NCBI GenBank assembly: GCA_910579955.1
Contig: CAJTWE010000002.1
Span: 71,554-103,553 of the forward strand
Direction: 5' to 3'
DNA from: an uncultured Ruminococcus sp.
Lineage (GTDB): Bacteria > Bacillota > Clostridia > Oscillospirales > Ruminococcaceae
DNA length: 32,000 bases
The notes beneath the pieces are model-generated. The model did not search any database. It was not told the origin of the DNA and saw only the letters and a list, made by a program, of their open reading frames with translations. Shown one piece after another: positions 17,022-25,855 of this stretch (positions are counted from its first letter, which is position 1; each line of letters begins with the position of its first letter). The position numbers were made by a program, and so were the translations under genes.

Positions 17022-18632
17022 CTATTTCAATGTTTTAACAAGTGCTTCTGCACATCTAAGTCCATCAACCGCAGCAGATGTTATTCCTCCAGCATATCCA
17101 GCGCCTTCTCCACATGGATACAAGCCTGATACACTTACTGATTGATAAAGCTCATTTCTTATAATTCGTACCGGTGATGAACTACGGCTTTCAACACCAA
17201 TTAATACAGCTTCTGGGTCATTGAAAAGTTTAAGCTTTCGTCCCATTTCAGGTATACCCATACGAAGCGTTTCAACCATAAAGTCTGGAAGGTATTCATT
17301 TGGAGAGGCAAATTTTACACCAGGCGTATATGTAGGCTTAACTTTTCCAAAAGATGTTGAAACTCGATTTTCAATAAAATCTCCAACAAGATTTACAGGA
17401 GCTTTAAAATCTCCGCCACCTGATAAAAATGCCTTTTGTTCAACATTCTCTTGAAGAATCATACCCGCAAGCGGATCGCTATTATCAAGCATATCTGGAG
17501 ATATTCCTACAAGCAATGCGCTATTTGAATTAATTCCATTTCGTGCATGAAAACTCATACCATTAACTACAAGCCGATTATTCTCAGACGCTGATGCAAC
17601 CACTTCCCCTCCTGGACACATGCAAAATGTGTACAAACTATGTCCATTAGGCAAATGAACTGCCAGCTTATAATCAGCTGCTTTTAAAGCATCGTTATCT
17701 GCATATTTACCGTACATACATACATCTAGATCTTTTTGCGAATGCTCTATTCGCAATCCCATAGCAAAATTTTTAGCAGTAAGTGATACATTGTTATTTT
17801 TTAACATACGAAAGACATCTCTTGCACTGTGACCTGATGCAAGTATACATTTATTCGTAGATATAGAATATGTTATATTTTTATGCACATATAAAACGCT
17901 TCTTAAAGCGTTATCTTTATCAGTTTCATATCCTGAAAATCTAGCACCAAATTTTACCTCGCCGCCTGCTTCTTCAATAGTTCTGCGAATGTTCTGCACA
18001 ACGTCTACAAGATAATCCGTACCTATATGAGGTTTAGCCATATACATAATATCTTCAGGTGCACCATGCTTAACAAAGGTTTCCAGTACATATTGAATAC
18101 GTGGATCATTTATTCCTGTATTAAGTTTTCCATCTGAAAATGTACCAGCGCCACCTTCACCAAATTGTATATTACTTTCAGTATCAAGTTTTCCAGTTTT
18201 TCTGAAAATATCAACTGCCTTTTTACGTTCAACTACAGAAGCGCCTCTTTCAAGAATAATAGGTTTAAGTCCTGCTTTGGCAAGAAATAAGCCTGCAAAC
18301 ATTCCTGCTGGACCGAATCCAACAATTACAGGTCTTGTTGAATAAAAAGACACTATTGATGGTATTTTATAGCTAAAGGGTTTGTATTCACTTATATCCT
18401 TATTATTAGAAAAACGTTTAAGTATAATTCTTTCATTTTTCAGCGCTACTGCCAGTGTAAGAACAAATTGAATATCATTTTTCTTTCTTGCATCAATTGA
18501 TTTTTTGAGGTATTTTACTTCTTTTATATCAGATATAGGTATTTTAAGTTTTTTTGCAGCTAATTCATTTAAAGAAGTATCTGCTACGCTAAGCGGTACA
18601 TGCAGATTAGATATTTTTATCACAATTATCAC
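17022..18632 (-). CDS. FAD-dependent protein, COG2509-type uncharacterized dehydrogenase
   Basis: Rossmann GFGPAGMFAGLFLAKAG....LERG, N-terminal ISNL..PL...KKSIDARKK region, C-terminal GEGAGYAGGI. The second GTG at 18623 (MIKISNLHVPL) has better spacing from the GAAAGG RBS than the first at 18632. Confidence 0.85.
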   Translation of the reverse strand: MIIVIKISNLHVPLSVADTSLNELAAKKLKIPISDIKEVKYLKKSIDARKKNDIQFVLTLAVALKNERIILKRFSNNKDISEYKPFSYKIPSIVSFYSTRPVIVGFGPAGMFAGLFLAKAGLKPIILERGASVVERKKAVDIFRKTGKLDTESNIQFGEGGAGTFSDGKLNTGINDPRIQYVLETFVKHGAPEDIMYMAKPHIGTDYLVDVVQNIRRTIEEAGGEVKFGARFSGYETDKDNALRSVLYVHKNITYSISTNKCILASGHSARDVFRMLKNNNVSLTAKNFAMGLRIEHSQKDLDVCMYGKYADNDALKAADYKLAVHLPNGHSLYTFCMCPGGEVVASASENNRLVVNGMSFHARNGINSNSALLVGISPDMLDNSDPLAGMILQENVEQKAFLSGGGDFKAPVNLVGDFIENRVSTSFGKVKPTYTPGVKFASPNEYLPDFMVETLRMGIPEMGRKLKLFNDPEAVLIGVESRSSSPVRIIRNELYQSVSVSGLYPCGEGAGYAGGITSAAVDGLRCAEALVKTLK

Positions 18633-19872
18633 AACCTTTCAACGAATCAACAGCGTTATGTGCAGCATAAGTTCCGCTGCACCATGCCCATGCCAAATTA
18701 TATCCTCCACATTCCCCTGCTATATCAAGTATTTCGCCCGAAAAATATAAACCCGGACAATTTATTGATTCAAGAGTATTTTTTATTTGATTACGTTCAA
18801 TTCCACCAGAAGTAGTTTGTGCCTGTTTCCAATCTCCGAACCATAAAACAGGAAAAGTCCAAGCTTTTATGGTATTTGAAAGTCTTTCAATATCATAAGG
18901 AGTAAGATTATATACAGGTAGTTTCATATCAGAAGCTATGCCACTGCTTTTAAATAGAGCATGGCACATCTTTTTTTGAAATATACCCGAAAGCATATCC
19001 TCAATGTTCCACATAGAACGTTTTGCATAAACATCCCAAAGGAGTTCATTCAATTCAATATCGGTTAGATGTGGAAGTAAATCCAGCTGAATATACATAT
19101 CCTCCTCGACAGCAAAGGCAGCAAGGTTGAAAATGCAAATCCCTGATAATGTTTTATCTGTAAACTGCACTTCTCCATTATCGCTATGAAGAAGTTTGCC
19201 TTTACTATTATATAAAGAGACCTTTGCTGTAGCACGTATTCCCTTTAAATATTTAAGAAGACTCTGATCTGTATATGCAGGGCAAAGAGCGGGTTTTAAA
19301 GATGAAGGTTCACAACCAACTGCACTAAGAATTTTGTAAAAGCTTCCATCAGTTCCCATTGAAGGTGCTGCTTTACCGCCACATGAAATTATAACTTTTT
19401 TTGTGATAAATTTATCAGAACCTGTGATAATAGTCCATATACTATTATCATCATACTTCAAAGAAACAACTTCCATATCAGTAAATATATCTACACCAAG
19501 ATCCTGCAATTGAAAACGTAACGCATCTAAAACAGAAGCGGCATGATTACTATATGGATACAATCTGCCGCTATCAGTTCTACATATCACACCCATAGAT
19601 TTGAAAAAATATTCAGAACCTTCGAATTTCTCAAAAAGCGGTTTTATTAAATCAGTACAAGTACCAGAATAGTGTACAAAACGCTTTTCTTCAATATTTC
19701 CAAGGTTGCAACGGCCATTACCCGTTGCCAAAATTTTTTTCCCAAGCCGAGTGTTTTTTTCTATAACAGCAACACGACAATCAGATCCGCCGTATCGCTT
19801 AGCTTCAATTGCAGCTGCAAGACCAGATGCACCACCGCCAATAACAATGATGTCAAAAAGGTATGGCTGCAT
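18607..19872 (-). CDS. HI0933/YhiN (BaiN-like) family flavoprotein, NAD(P)/FAD-dependent oxidoreductase
   Basis: Motifs D.IVIGGGASGL.AAI, LGKKIL.TGNGRCNL.N, and C-terminal GLYF.GE.LD..G.CGGYNL.WAW..G. AAGAGGTG RBS overlaps the DUF711 stop. Confidence 0.85.
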   Translation of the reverse strand: MQPYLFDIIVIGGGASGLAAAIEAKRYGGSDCRVAVIEKNTRLGKKILATGNGRCNLGNIEEKRFVHYSGTCTDLIKPLFEKFEGSEYFFKSMGVICRTDSGRLYPYSNHAASVLDALRFQLQDLGVDIFTDMEVVSLKYDDNSIWTIITGSDKFITKKVIISCGGKAAPSMGTDGSFYKILSAVGCEPSSLKPALCPAYTDQSLLKYLKGIRATAKVSLYNSKGKLLHSDNGEVQFTDKTLSGICIFNLAAFAVEEDMYIQLDLLPHLTDIELNELLWDVYAKRSMWNIEDMLSGIFQKKMCHALFKSSGIASDMKLPVYNLTPYDIERLSNTIKAWTFPVLWFGDWKQAQTTSGGIERNQIKNTLESINCPGLYFSGEILDIAGECGGYNLAWAWCSGTYAAHNAVDSLKGCDNCDKNI

Positions 19873-19886
19873 AATTAATACACCTC

Positions 19887-21257
19887 TTAATTTTTTATAC
19901 TATGCATAGGTGCAGGGATACGACCTCCACGTTCAATAAAACGTGCAGATGACTTGCGACTTACAGGCATAACAGGTGCACTGCCAAAAAGTCCGCCAAA
20001 TTCAAGCATATCCCCTTCTTTCATTCCTATAGCAGGAATTACACGCACCGCTGTAGTCTTATTGTTTACCATGCCAATTGCCATTTCATCAGCAATAATA
20101 GCAGAAATTGTAGTAGCTTCAACATCGCCCGGAATAGCAATCATATCAAGTCCAACAGAGCATACTGCTGTCATTGCTTCCAGTTTGCTAAGTGTAAGAG
20201 TACCATCAACAGCAGCATTTATCATACCAGCATCCTCTGAAACAGGTATAAACGCTCCTGAAAGTCCACCAACATTAGAAGAAGCCATAACGCCGCCCTT
20301 CTTAACAGCATCGTTAAGCATTGCAAGGGCTGCTGTTGTACCATGAGTACCACAAATTTCAAGACCCATAGCCTCCAAAATATGTGCTACACTATCTCCT
20401 ACAGCTGGTGTAGGTGCGAGAGAAAGGTCAACTATACCAAACTCAACACCAAGCATCTTTGAGGCCTTAGCACCAACCAGCTGACCCATTCTTGTAATTT
20501 TAAATGCTGTCTTTTTAATAATATCAGCAAGCTGATCCAAAGGAAGATCGGGATATTTTGAAATTGTAGAACGTACAACGCCAGGTCCTGATACACCTAC
20601 ATTAATAACACAATCTGACTCACCAACACCATGGAAAGCACCAGCCATGAAAGGATTATCTTCAGGGGCATTACAGAATACAACAAGCTTAGAAGGACCT
20701 ACACATTGTCTATCTGCTGTAACCTTTGCAGATTCCAGAATAACCTCACCCATCATTTTTACAGCATCCATATTGATACCACTTCTCGTAGAACCAACAT
20801 TTACAGAAGAACAAAGTCTTGTTGTAACGTCAAGCGCTTCAGGAATAGAGCGTATAAGTGAAACATCACCTGCACTAAAGCCTTTATGAACAAGAGCGGA
20901 ATATCCACCTACAAAGTTTACGCCACAGGTTTCAGCTGCTCTCTGTAAAACCTTTGCAAATTTCACCGGATTCTCATTTGGGCATGCAGCTGCGAGCATA
21001 GCAATAGGTGTTACAGATATTCTCTTATTTATAATCGGTATACCATATTCTTTTTCTATCTTTTCGCCTGTTTCTACAAGTTTCTCTGCCTTGCGAGTGA
21101 TTTTATCATAAACCTTATCACAGGCCTTATCAATGTTTGGATCAATACAATCAAGCAAAGATATTCCCATTGTTGTAGTACGTATATCAAGACATTCATC
21201 CTGAATCATACGAATGGTTTCCAAAATATCTGTTGCATTAAACATAGAATTATTCAT
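19887..21257 (-). CDS. UPF0210 / DUF711 (PFL-like) family protein
   Basis: 456 aa with the N-terminus DILETIRMI......[13 protein letters not shown] characteristic of UPF0210. It is paired with an upstream ACT protein, as is typical. Confidence 0.85.
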   Translation of the reverse strand: MNNSMFNATDILETIRMIQDECLDIRTTTMGISLLDCIDPNIDKACDKVYDKITRKAEKLVETGEKIEKEYGIPIINKRISVTPIAMLAAACPNENPVKFAKVLQRAAETCGVNFVGGYSALVHKGFSAGDVSLIRSIPEALDVTTRLCSSVNVGSTRSGINMDAVKMMGEVILESAKVTADRQCVGPSKLVVFCNAPEDNPFMAGAFHGVGESDCVINVGVSGPGVVRSTISKYPDLPLDQLADIIKKTAFKITRMGQLVGAKASKMLGVEFGIVDLSLAPTPAVGDSVAHILEAMGLEICGTHGTTAALAMLNDAVKKGGVMASSNVGGLSGAFIPVSEDAGMINAAVDGTLTLSKLEAMTAVCSVGLDMIAIPGDVEATTISAIIADEMAIGMVNNKTTAVRVIPAIGMKEGDMLEFGGLFGSAPVMPVSRKSSARFIERGGRIPAPMHSIKN

Positions 21258-21282
21258 TTAAATGTACTCCTGTATGTATAAA

Positions 21283-21552
21283 TTATATACGATGCATTGC
21301 GTTGAAAATATCTTCATGCATACTGTGAATAGAAAGTCCGAGTTCTTTTCCAAGTTCTGTAAGTTCATCATTAAGTACTGCAAAATCAGCATTCATAGAT
21401 GAAATATCTACCATCATTATCATTGCAAACATATCTTGAAGCACACTTTGTGTTACTTCTAAAACATTTGCCTGATACTTTGCACACACACCACTCACTT
21501 TATGAAGAATGCCAACATTATCGTGTCCAATTACTGTAATTACCGCTCTCAT
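21283..21552 (-). CDS. ACT domain protein, UPF0237 family
   Basis: 89 aa reading MRAVITVIG.D.VGI...VS......N.N.L...Q...Q..F.M.M.VD. AAGGAGGT RBS. Confidence 0.85.
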   Translation of the reverse strand: MRAVITVIGHDNVGILHKVSGVCAKYQANVLEVTQSVLQDMFAMIMMVDISSMNADFAVLNDELTELGKELGLSIHSMHEDIFNAMHRI

Positions 21553-21655
21553 GAGGGTACCTCCTTAAAGATATATTCCTATATAGATTCAGTATATACG
21601 ATTTCGTATTACTTTACTTCCTATAGCAGCAGATTACATCTGCATAACTTATTAT

Positions 21656-21684
21656 ATTATACAAAATTTAAGTTTAAAAATCAA
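21656..21684 (-). promoter_or_regulatory. Candidate promoter for the ACT-DUF711-flavoprotein operon
   Basis: Minus strand TTGATT (21684-21679), 17-nt spacer, TATAAT (21661-21656). Confidence 0.55.
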
Positions 21685-21834
21685 GATGTATTCTAAAAAA
21701 ATTTTAAAAAACATTTTATGACAACAGATAGAAAAATCCCATCAACATCAGTAGAAAAACTATTTATCATTATTAAACTGTATTAACAAATATTTTTTAC
21801 TAAGCATATTTCTAGCAGGAATCACAAAAATATC

Positions 21835-21863
21835 TTGCAAATTACACATTACTATGTTATAAT
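21835..21863 (+). promoter_or_regulatory. Candidate promoter for small alarmone synthetase 1
   Basis: TTGCAA (21835-21840), 17-nt spacer, TG-extended TATAAT (21858-21863). Confidence 0.6.
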
Positions 21864-21915
21864 AAAAAATAAATATTACAATTACGTTTTCTTTTTTATA
21901 TTGAGGTGATTTATA

Positions 21916-22596
21916 ATGAATGATAAAGAATTTTATCTTGATGCTATTCGTGACATAGTTCCTGAAAAAAATGAGAATCAGCTGCTTTCCATTTTCTATT
22001 CATTTCTTGAACTAGAACATCTGTACGATTCCGCAATTGAACTTGTCAAAGCTCAACTAAACATTTTTGACAATGAATTCAGTATGCGTTTTCAACGCAA
22101 TCCTATTCATAATATTGAAAGCCGAATAAAATCTCCTCAAAGCATCGTCGGAAAGCTGCAAAGAAAAGGTTTTATTATTTCAGCTGAATCAGCACGTGAA
22201 AATCTTCTGGACATTGCAGGCGTTCGTGTAATTTGCTGCTATGTTGACGATATATATGCTCTTGCTAAACTTCTTGCTAATGGAAGTGGATTTGAGGTAC
22301 TGAAAATCAAGGATTATATAAAAAATCCCAAGCCAAACGGATACAGAAGCTTCCATATGATAGTAAATGTTCCCGTACATATGTCAACGGGGCTTCAAAC
22401 AGCACCGGTTGAAATACAGATACGTACTATTGCCATGGATTTCTGGGCAAGTCTTGAACACCAGCTGCATTATAAATCTATTGGAAACAAAGCGATTTCA
22501 TCTACATTAACAGAGGAACTGAAGAAATGTGCGGATTCCATTTATGAGATAGATGAAAAGATGCAGGATATGTTCAAGCAAATAAATGAGCTTTAA
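21916..22596 (+). CDS. Small alarmone synthetase (RelA/SpoT synthetase-domain-only GTP pyrophosphokinase, RelQ/RelP type)
   Basis: Motifs DIAGVRVICCYVDDIY, DYIKNPKPNGYRSFHMIV, EIQIRTIAMDFWASLEHQLHYK. GAGGTG RBS. Confidence 0.9.
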   Translation: MNDKEFYLDAIRDIVPEKNENQLLSIFYSFLELEHLYDSAIELVKAQLNIFDNEFSMRFQRNPIHNIESRIKSPQSIVGKLQRKGFIISAESARENLLDIAGVRVICCYVDDIYALAKLLANGSGFEVLKIKDYIKNPKPNGYRSFHMIVNVPVHMSTGLQTAPVEIQIRTIAMDFWASLEHQLHYKSIGNKAISSTLTEELKKCADSIYEIDEKMQDMFKQINEL

Positions 22597-22602
22597 AATT
22601 CT

Positions 22603-22636
22603 ATAGACGCAGCGTTAATTATGATGCGTCTATTTT
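22603..22636 (+). terminator. Hairpin between SAS1 and the C-N hydrolase gene (weak terminator)
   Basis: Stem ATAGACGCA(22603-22611)/TGCGTCTAT(22624-22632) followed by TTTTAATT. Confidence 0.5.
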
Positions 22637-22654
22637 AATTAAAGGAGTAAAATT

Positions 22655-23431
22655 ATGAAAATTGCCATTTGTCAATCCGAGATTAAATACCTTGATTTTG
22701 AGTATAATATTAAATATGCTCAAAATGCTATTTATGAAGCAGCACAAAACAATGCTGATTGCATTGTTTTTCCAGAAATGAGCTTTACAGGTTTTTCCAT
22801 GGATACGTGCATCACATCCCGGTATGGTAATATTTCTGTAGAAATGATAAAAAATTACGCACAAAAATCTAATATCACAGTTGGATTCGGATGGGTGGAA
22901 ATGTGCGAAGAAAATCTATCTAAAAATCATTATTCATTTATTACACCAAATCGCAGTGTTATTCTTGATTATGTTAAAATTCATCCTTTTTCTTATGCAA
23001 AAGAAAATCTTTATTTCAAGGGCGGCACTTCCCTGCCGAATGCATCGTTAAATAATCTAAATTTCCAATGCATGATTTGCTACGATCTTAGATTTCCTGA
23101 ACTCTTCCGAATAAATGTTGAAAACATACATGCTGCCTTTATTCCTGCCAACTGGCCTGATAAAAGAATTAATCACTGGAACGCTCTTCTAAAAGCACGT
23201 GCCATTGAAAATCAGATATACATAATCGGTGTGAATTGTATAGGAAATCAAAACGGGCTTACATATTCAGGTGAAAGCGCTGTAATTGCGCCAGATGGAT
23301 CAACTGTGTGTTGCTGTAAAAGAAAAGCCGGTATATATTATGCAGATATAGATACTGCAAATGTAATAAAAGCACGTCAAAATTTCCCTGTACTTAATGA
23401 TATTCGCAAGGAATTATACAAAACACTATAA
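22655..23431 (+). CDS. Carbon-nitrogen hydrolase (nitrilase superfamily) protein
   Basis: Putative E-K-C triad context: VFPEMSFTG (Glu), YVKIHPF (Lys), MICYDLRFPE (Cys). AAAGGAG RBS. Confidence 0.85.
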   Translation: MKIAICQSEIKYLDFEYNIKYAQNAIYEAAQNNADCIVFPEMSFTGFSMDTCITSRYGNISVEMIKNYAQKSNITVGFGWVEMCEENLSKNHYSFITPNRSVILDYVKIHPFSYAKENLYFKGGTSLPNASLNNLNFQCMICYDLRFPELFRINVENIHAAFIPANWPDKRINHWNALLKARAIENQIYIIGVNCIGNQNGLTYSGESAVIAPDGSTVCCCKRKAGIYYADIDTANVIKARQNFPVLNDIRKELYKTL

Positions 23432-23435
23432 TATA

Positions 23436-23476
23436 AAAAGCTACCAAAAGAATAGTAATTCTCTACGGTAGCTTTT
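23436..23476. terminator. Bidirectional terminator between the C-N hydrolase gene and pyk
   Basis: Stem AAAAGCTACC(23436-23445)/GGTAGCTTTT(23467-23476) between convergent genes. Confidence 0.7.
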
Positions 23477-23490
23477 TAGTTTAGTTAAAT

Positions 23491-24921
23491 TTATTGAAGA
23501 GTATGGTCTACACGTTCAACCTTCATAAGATTTGTTGTATGTGAACATCCTACAGGAACACCGGCAGTAATTACAACTATATCATCCTTTTCAACCATTT
23601 CACATTCCAGCGCAGCTTCAACAGCAGCAGAAAACAGCTCATCAGTATTGTTTTTTTCACCTATTATAAGCGGCATTACACCCCAGCTGAGGTTTGTCTG
23701 ACGCCATACAACATCGCTTACCGTACAACTGATTATAGGGCAGCTTGGGCGATACTTAGAGATTTCACGTGCTGTAACACCACTCATTGTTACTGTAAGA
23801 ATTGCCTTTGCATCAAGGTCATGTGCTGTTGTAACCGTAGCGTGAGCAATTGCATTAGCTATATCTTGATTATCTTGCTTACAAGTAGAATGAAGTCCCT
23901 TATAGTCAATATTATCTTCTGTTGTCTTTGCTATTCTATCCATAGTTCTTACAACTTCAGCAGGATACTCACCTGCTGCTGTTTCTCCTGAAAGCATGAT
24001 GGCACTAGTTCCATCATAAATAGCATTGGCTACATCTGTTATTTCAGCTCTTGTAGGCCTAGGATTGGTTATCATAGATTCAAGCATTTGTGTTGCGGTA
24101 ATTACCTGCTTGCCTGCCTGATAACCTTTTCGTATAAGTTCCTTCTGTACAGCTGGTATTTGCTCAAACGGTATCTCTACACCAAGATCACCTCTGGCAA
24201 CCATTATACCATCAGCAGATTTAAGAATTTCATCAATATTACGTACGCCCTCAAGATTTTCAATTTTAGCAATAATGCGAACATTAAACCAACCAAGACT
24301 TTGCGTATATTTTCGCAAATAGTCAATATCAGCAGCTGTGCTTACAAAACTTGCAGCAATAAAATCAAATCCCAGTTTAGCACCAAATTCCAGATCATTC
24401 ATATCATTTGTACTGAGATAAGGCATTGAAAGCTTAACACCTGGAACATTTATGCCCTTATTGTTTGACAAAACGCCTCCGTGTATAATACGACATACAA
24501 TATCCGTGCGCGAAATGCGTTCAACAACCATCTCGATCACACCATCATTGATAAGAATGTGCGTGCCCGGATTTACATCGTGAGAGAGATTTTCAAATGA
24601 AATTTTTCCCACTTTATCATCACAAAGGACGTCACGTGTAGTAAGTGTATAAGTATTCCCTGCATAAATAGTAACCGGCTTATCGTCTACAAATTTACCC
24701 AAACGTATTTCAGGGCCTTTTGTATCCATCAAAGTAGCAATCGGAAGACCAAGTTCATTACGTAAACGAACCACTTGTTCAAAACGCTTCCGGTGCATTT
24801 CATAATCACCATGGGAGAAATTAAAACGTGCTACGTTCATTCCTGCTAACATTACGTCACGCATTACCTGATCGTCATCAGTTGCCGGACCTATAGTACA
24901 TACAATTTTTGTTTTTCTCAT
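23491..24921 (-). CDS. pyk: Pyruvate kinase
   Basis: N-terminus MRKTKIVCTIGPA, plus NFSHG, MVARGDLGVEIP and TQMLESM motifs. 476 aa with no PEP-utilizer extension. Confidence 0.95.
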   Translation of the reverse strand: MRKTKIVCTIGPATDDDQVMRDVMLAGMNVARFNFSHGDYEMHRKRFEQVVRLRNELGLPIATLMDTKGPEIRLGKFVDDKPVTIYAGNTYTLTTRDVLCDDKVGKISFENLSHDVNPGTHILINDGVIEMVVERISRTDIVCRIIHGGVLSNNKGINVPGVKLSMPYLSTNDMNDLEFGAKLGFDFIAASFVSTAADIDYLRKYTQSLGWFNVRIIAKIENLEGVRNIDEILKSADGIMVARGDLGVEIPFEQIPAVQKELIRKGYQAGKQVITATQMLESMITNPRPTRAEITDVANAIYDGTSAIMLSGETAAGEYPAEVVRTMDRIAKTTEDNIDYKGLHSTCKQDNQDIANAIAHATVTTAHDLDAKAILTVTMSGVTAREISKYRPSCPIISCTVSDVVWRQTNLSWGVMPLIIGEKNNTDELFSAAVEAALECEMVEKDDIVVITAGVPVGCSHTTNLMKVERVDHTLQ

Positions 24922-24967
24922 AAATTTACTCCTTAGTTGGTTATTTCTAGAATTTTTATCCTCTATA

Positions 24968-24996
24968 ATTGTATCATATTTTCAATCAAAATACAA
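24968..24996 (-). promoter_or_regulatory. Candidate internal promoter for pyk
   Basis: Minus strand TTGTAT (24996-24991), 17-nt spacer, TG-extended TACAAT (24973-24968). Confidence 0.5.
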
Positions 24997-25039
24997 GAAA
25001 ATTTCATGTTAATATTAAGAAAACATATATTTACTCTAA

Positions 25040-25843
25040 TTAAAAGCTTCGTATCCATTCAATAAGATTCTCTGACAATATTCCCCTGATCTCATTATCG
25101 GTGAGATTCAGATTAAAGAAACGTTCAAGCTCTTCTTCATGATCCCACATTGGAAAATCCACTCCAAAGAAACAGTTTTCAGCTCCATGCTTACGAATAA
25201 ATCCTACAGCTTCATCTGCCGGCATAAAATCAAGACAACTGCTTGTATCAAGTCTCAATCTGTCAGAAGGCTTCAAAATTTCCGCTGCCTCTTTCCATCT
25301 GCGATATCCTCCCAAATGTGCTGCAATTACACGTAGTCTTGGAAAATCATTAAGTACCCTTTCAAGGCGATCTGGTGTAGAAAATATTCTTGTTGCATCA
25401 CCCATATGCATAAGTATAGGCAATCCTGAATCTTCAATCATCTCATACATTGGATAAACACTTTTGTCATCTAAATAGAATTCCTGAAAGTCAGGATGAA
25501 GTTTTATCCCTTTAAACGGAAGCTTCAAAATCTTTTCAAATTCTGATACAAGCGTCTCTGATCTTGGATGAAGAGCAGCAAAACCTATACACTGCGGATA
25601 CTCTTTACATACAGATAGTATATAATTATTGATAGCTTCCGCTTGAGCCGGATGAGTTGCTGTAGAACATACAAGATAACCATCTATGTTTGCTTTGTCG
25701 CCACTTTCAAAAAGCTCATGCACACTTCCCTGATGACTCATGGGCAAATCATAAAAGTGTGAGATTCCTTCTGTTGCTCTTTCGGCAATCTTATCAGGAA
25801 AAATATGAGCATGTGCATCTATTACTGTATAACCTCTATACAT
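25040..25843 (-). CDS. Amidohydrolase-2 family metal-dependent TIM-barrel hydrolase
   Basis: N-terminal IDAHAHIFP metal-binding motif, internal H.GG, and a late D in GVDFP. Confidence 0.78.
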   Translation of the reverse strand: MYRGYTVIDAHAHIFPDKIAERATEGISHFYDLPMSHQGSVHELFESGDKANIDGYLVCSTATHPAQAEAINNYILSVCKEYPQCIGFAALHPRSETLVSEFEKILKLPFKGIKLHPDFQEFYLDDKSVYPMYEMIEDSGLPILMHMGDATRIFSTPDRLERVLNDFPRLRVIAAHLGGYRRWKEAAEILKPSDRLRLDTSSCLDFMPADEAVGFIRKHGAENCFFGVDFPMWDHEEELERFFNLNLTDNEIRGILSENLIEWIRSF

Positions 25844-25855
25844 TTTTTCACGTCC

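Noticed and set aside
19672-20889. Antisense ORFs opposite the DUF711 and HI0933-type genes (19672-19878, 19706-19909, 19954-20346, 20631-20861, 20647-20889).
   Set aside because: They are shadow frames of conserved genes. The Ala/Ser/Thr/Ile-rich translations are typical of the reverse complement of real coding sequence.
21718-21786. A 22-codon ORF (MTTDRKIPSTSVEKLFIIIKLY) in the 363-bp AT-rich intergenic region.
   Set aside because: It has no RBS and lies between divergent promoters. The composition looks non-coding.
21916-23431. The possibility that SAS1 (or SAS2) is a toxSAS toxin, with the neighbouring gene as its antitoxin.
   Set aside because: Both SAS proteins look like canonical RelQ/RelP housekeeping enzymes by motif. 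Their neighbours are a 258-aa C-N hydrolase and a PP-loop enzyme, not small antitoxin-like genes. There is no overlap or bicistronic TA-style architecture.
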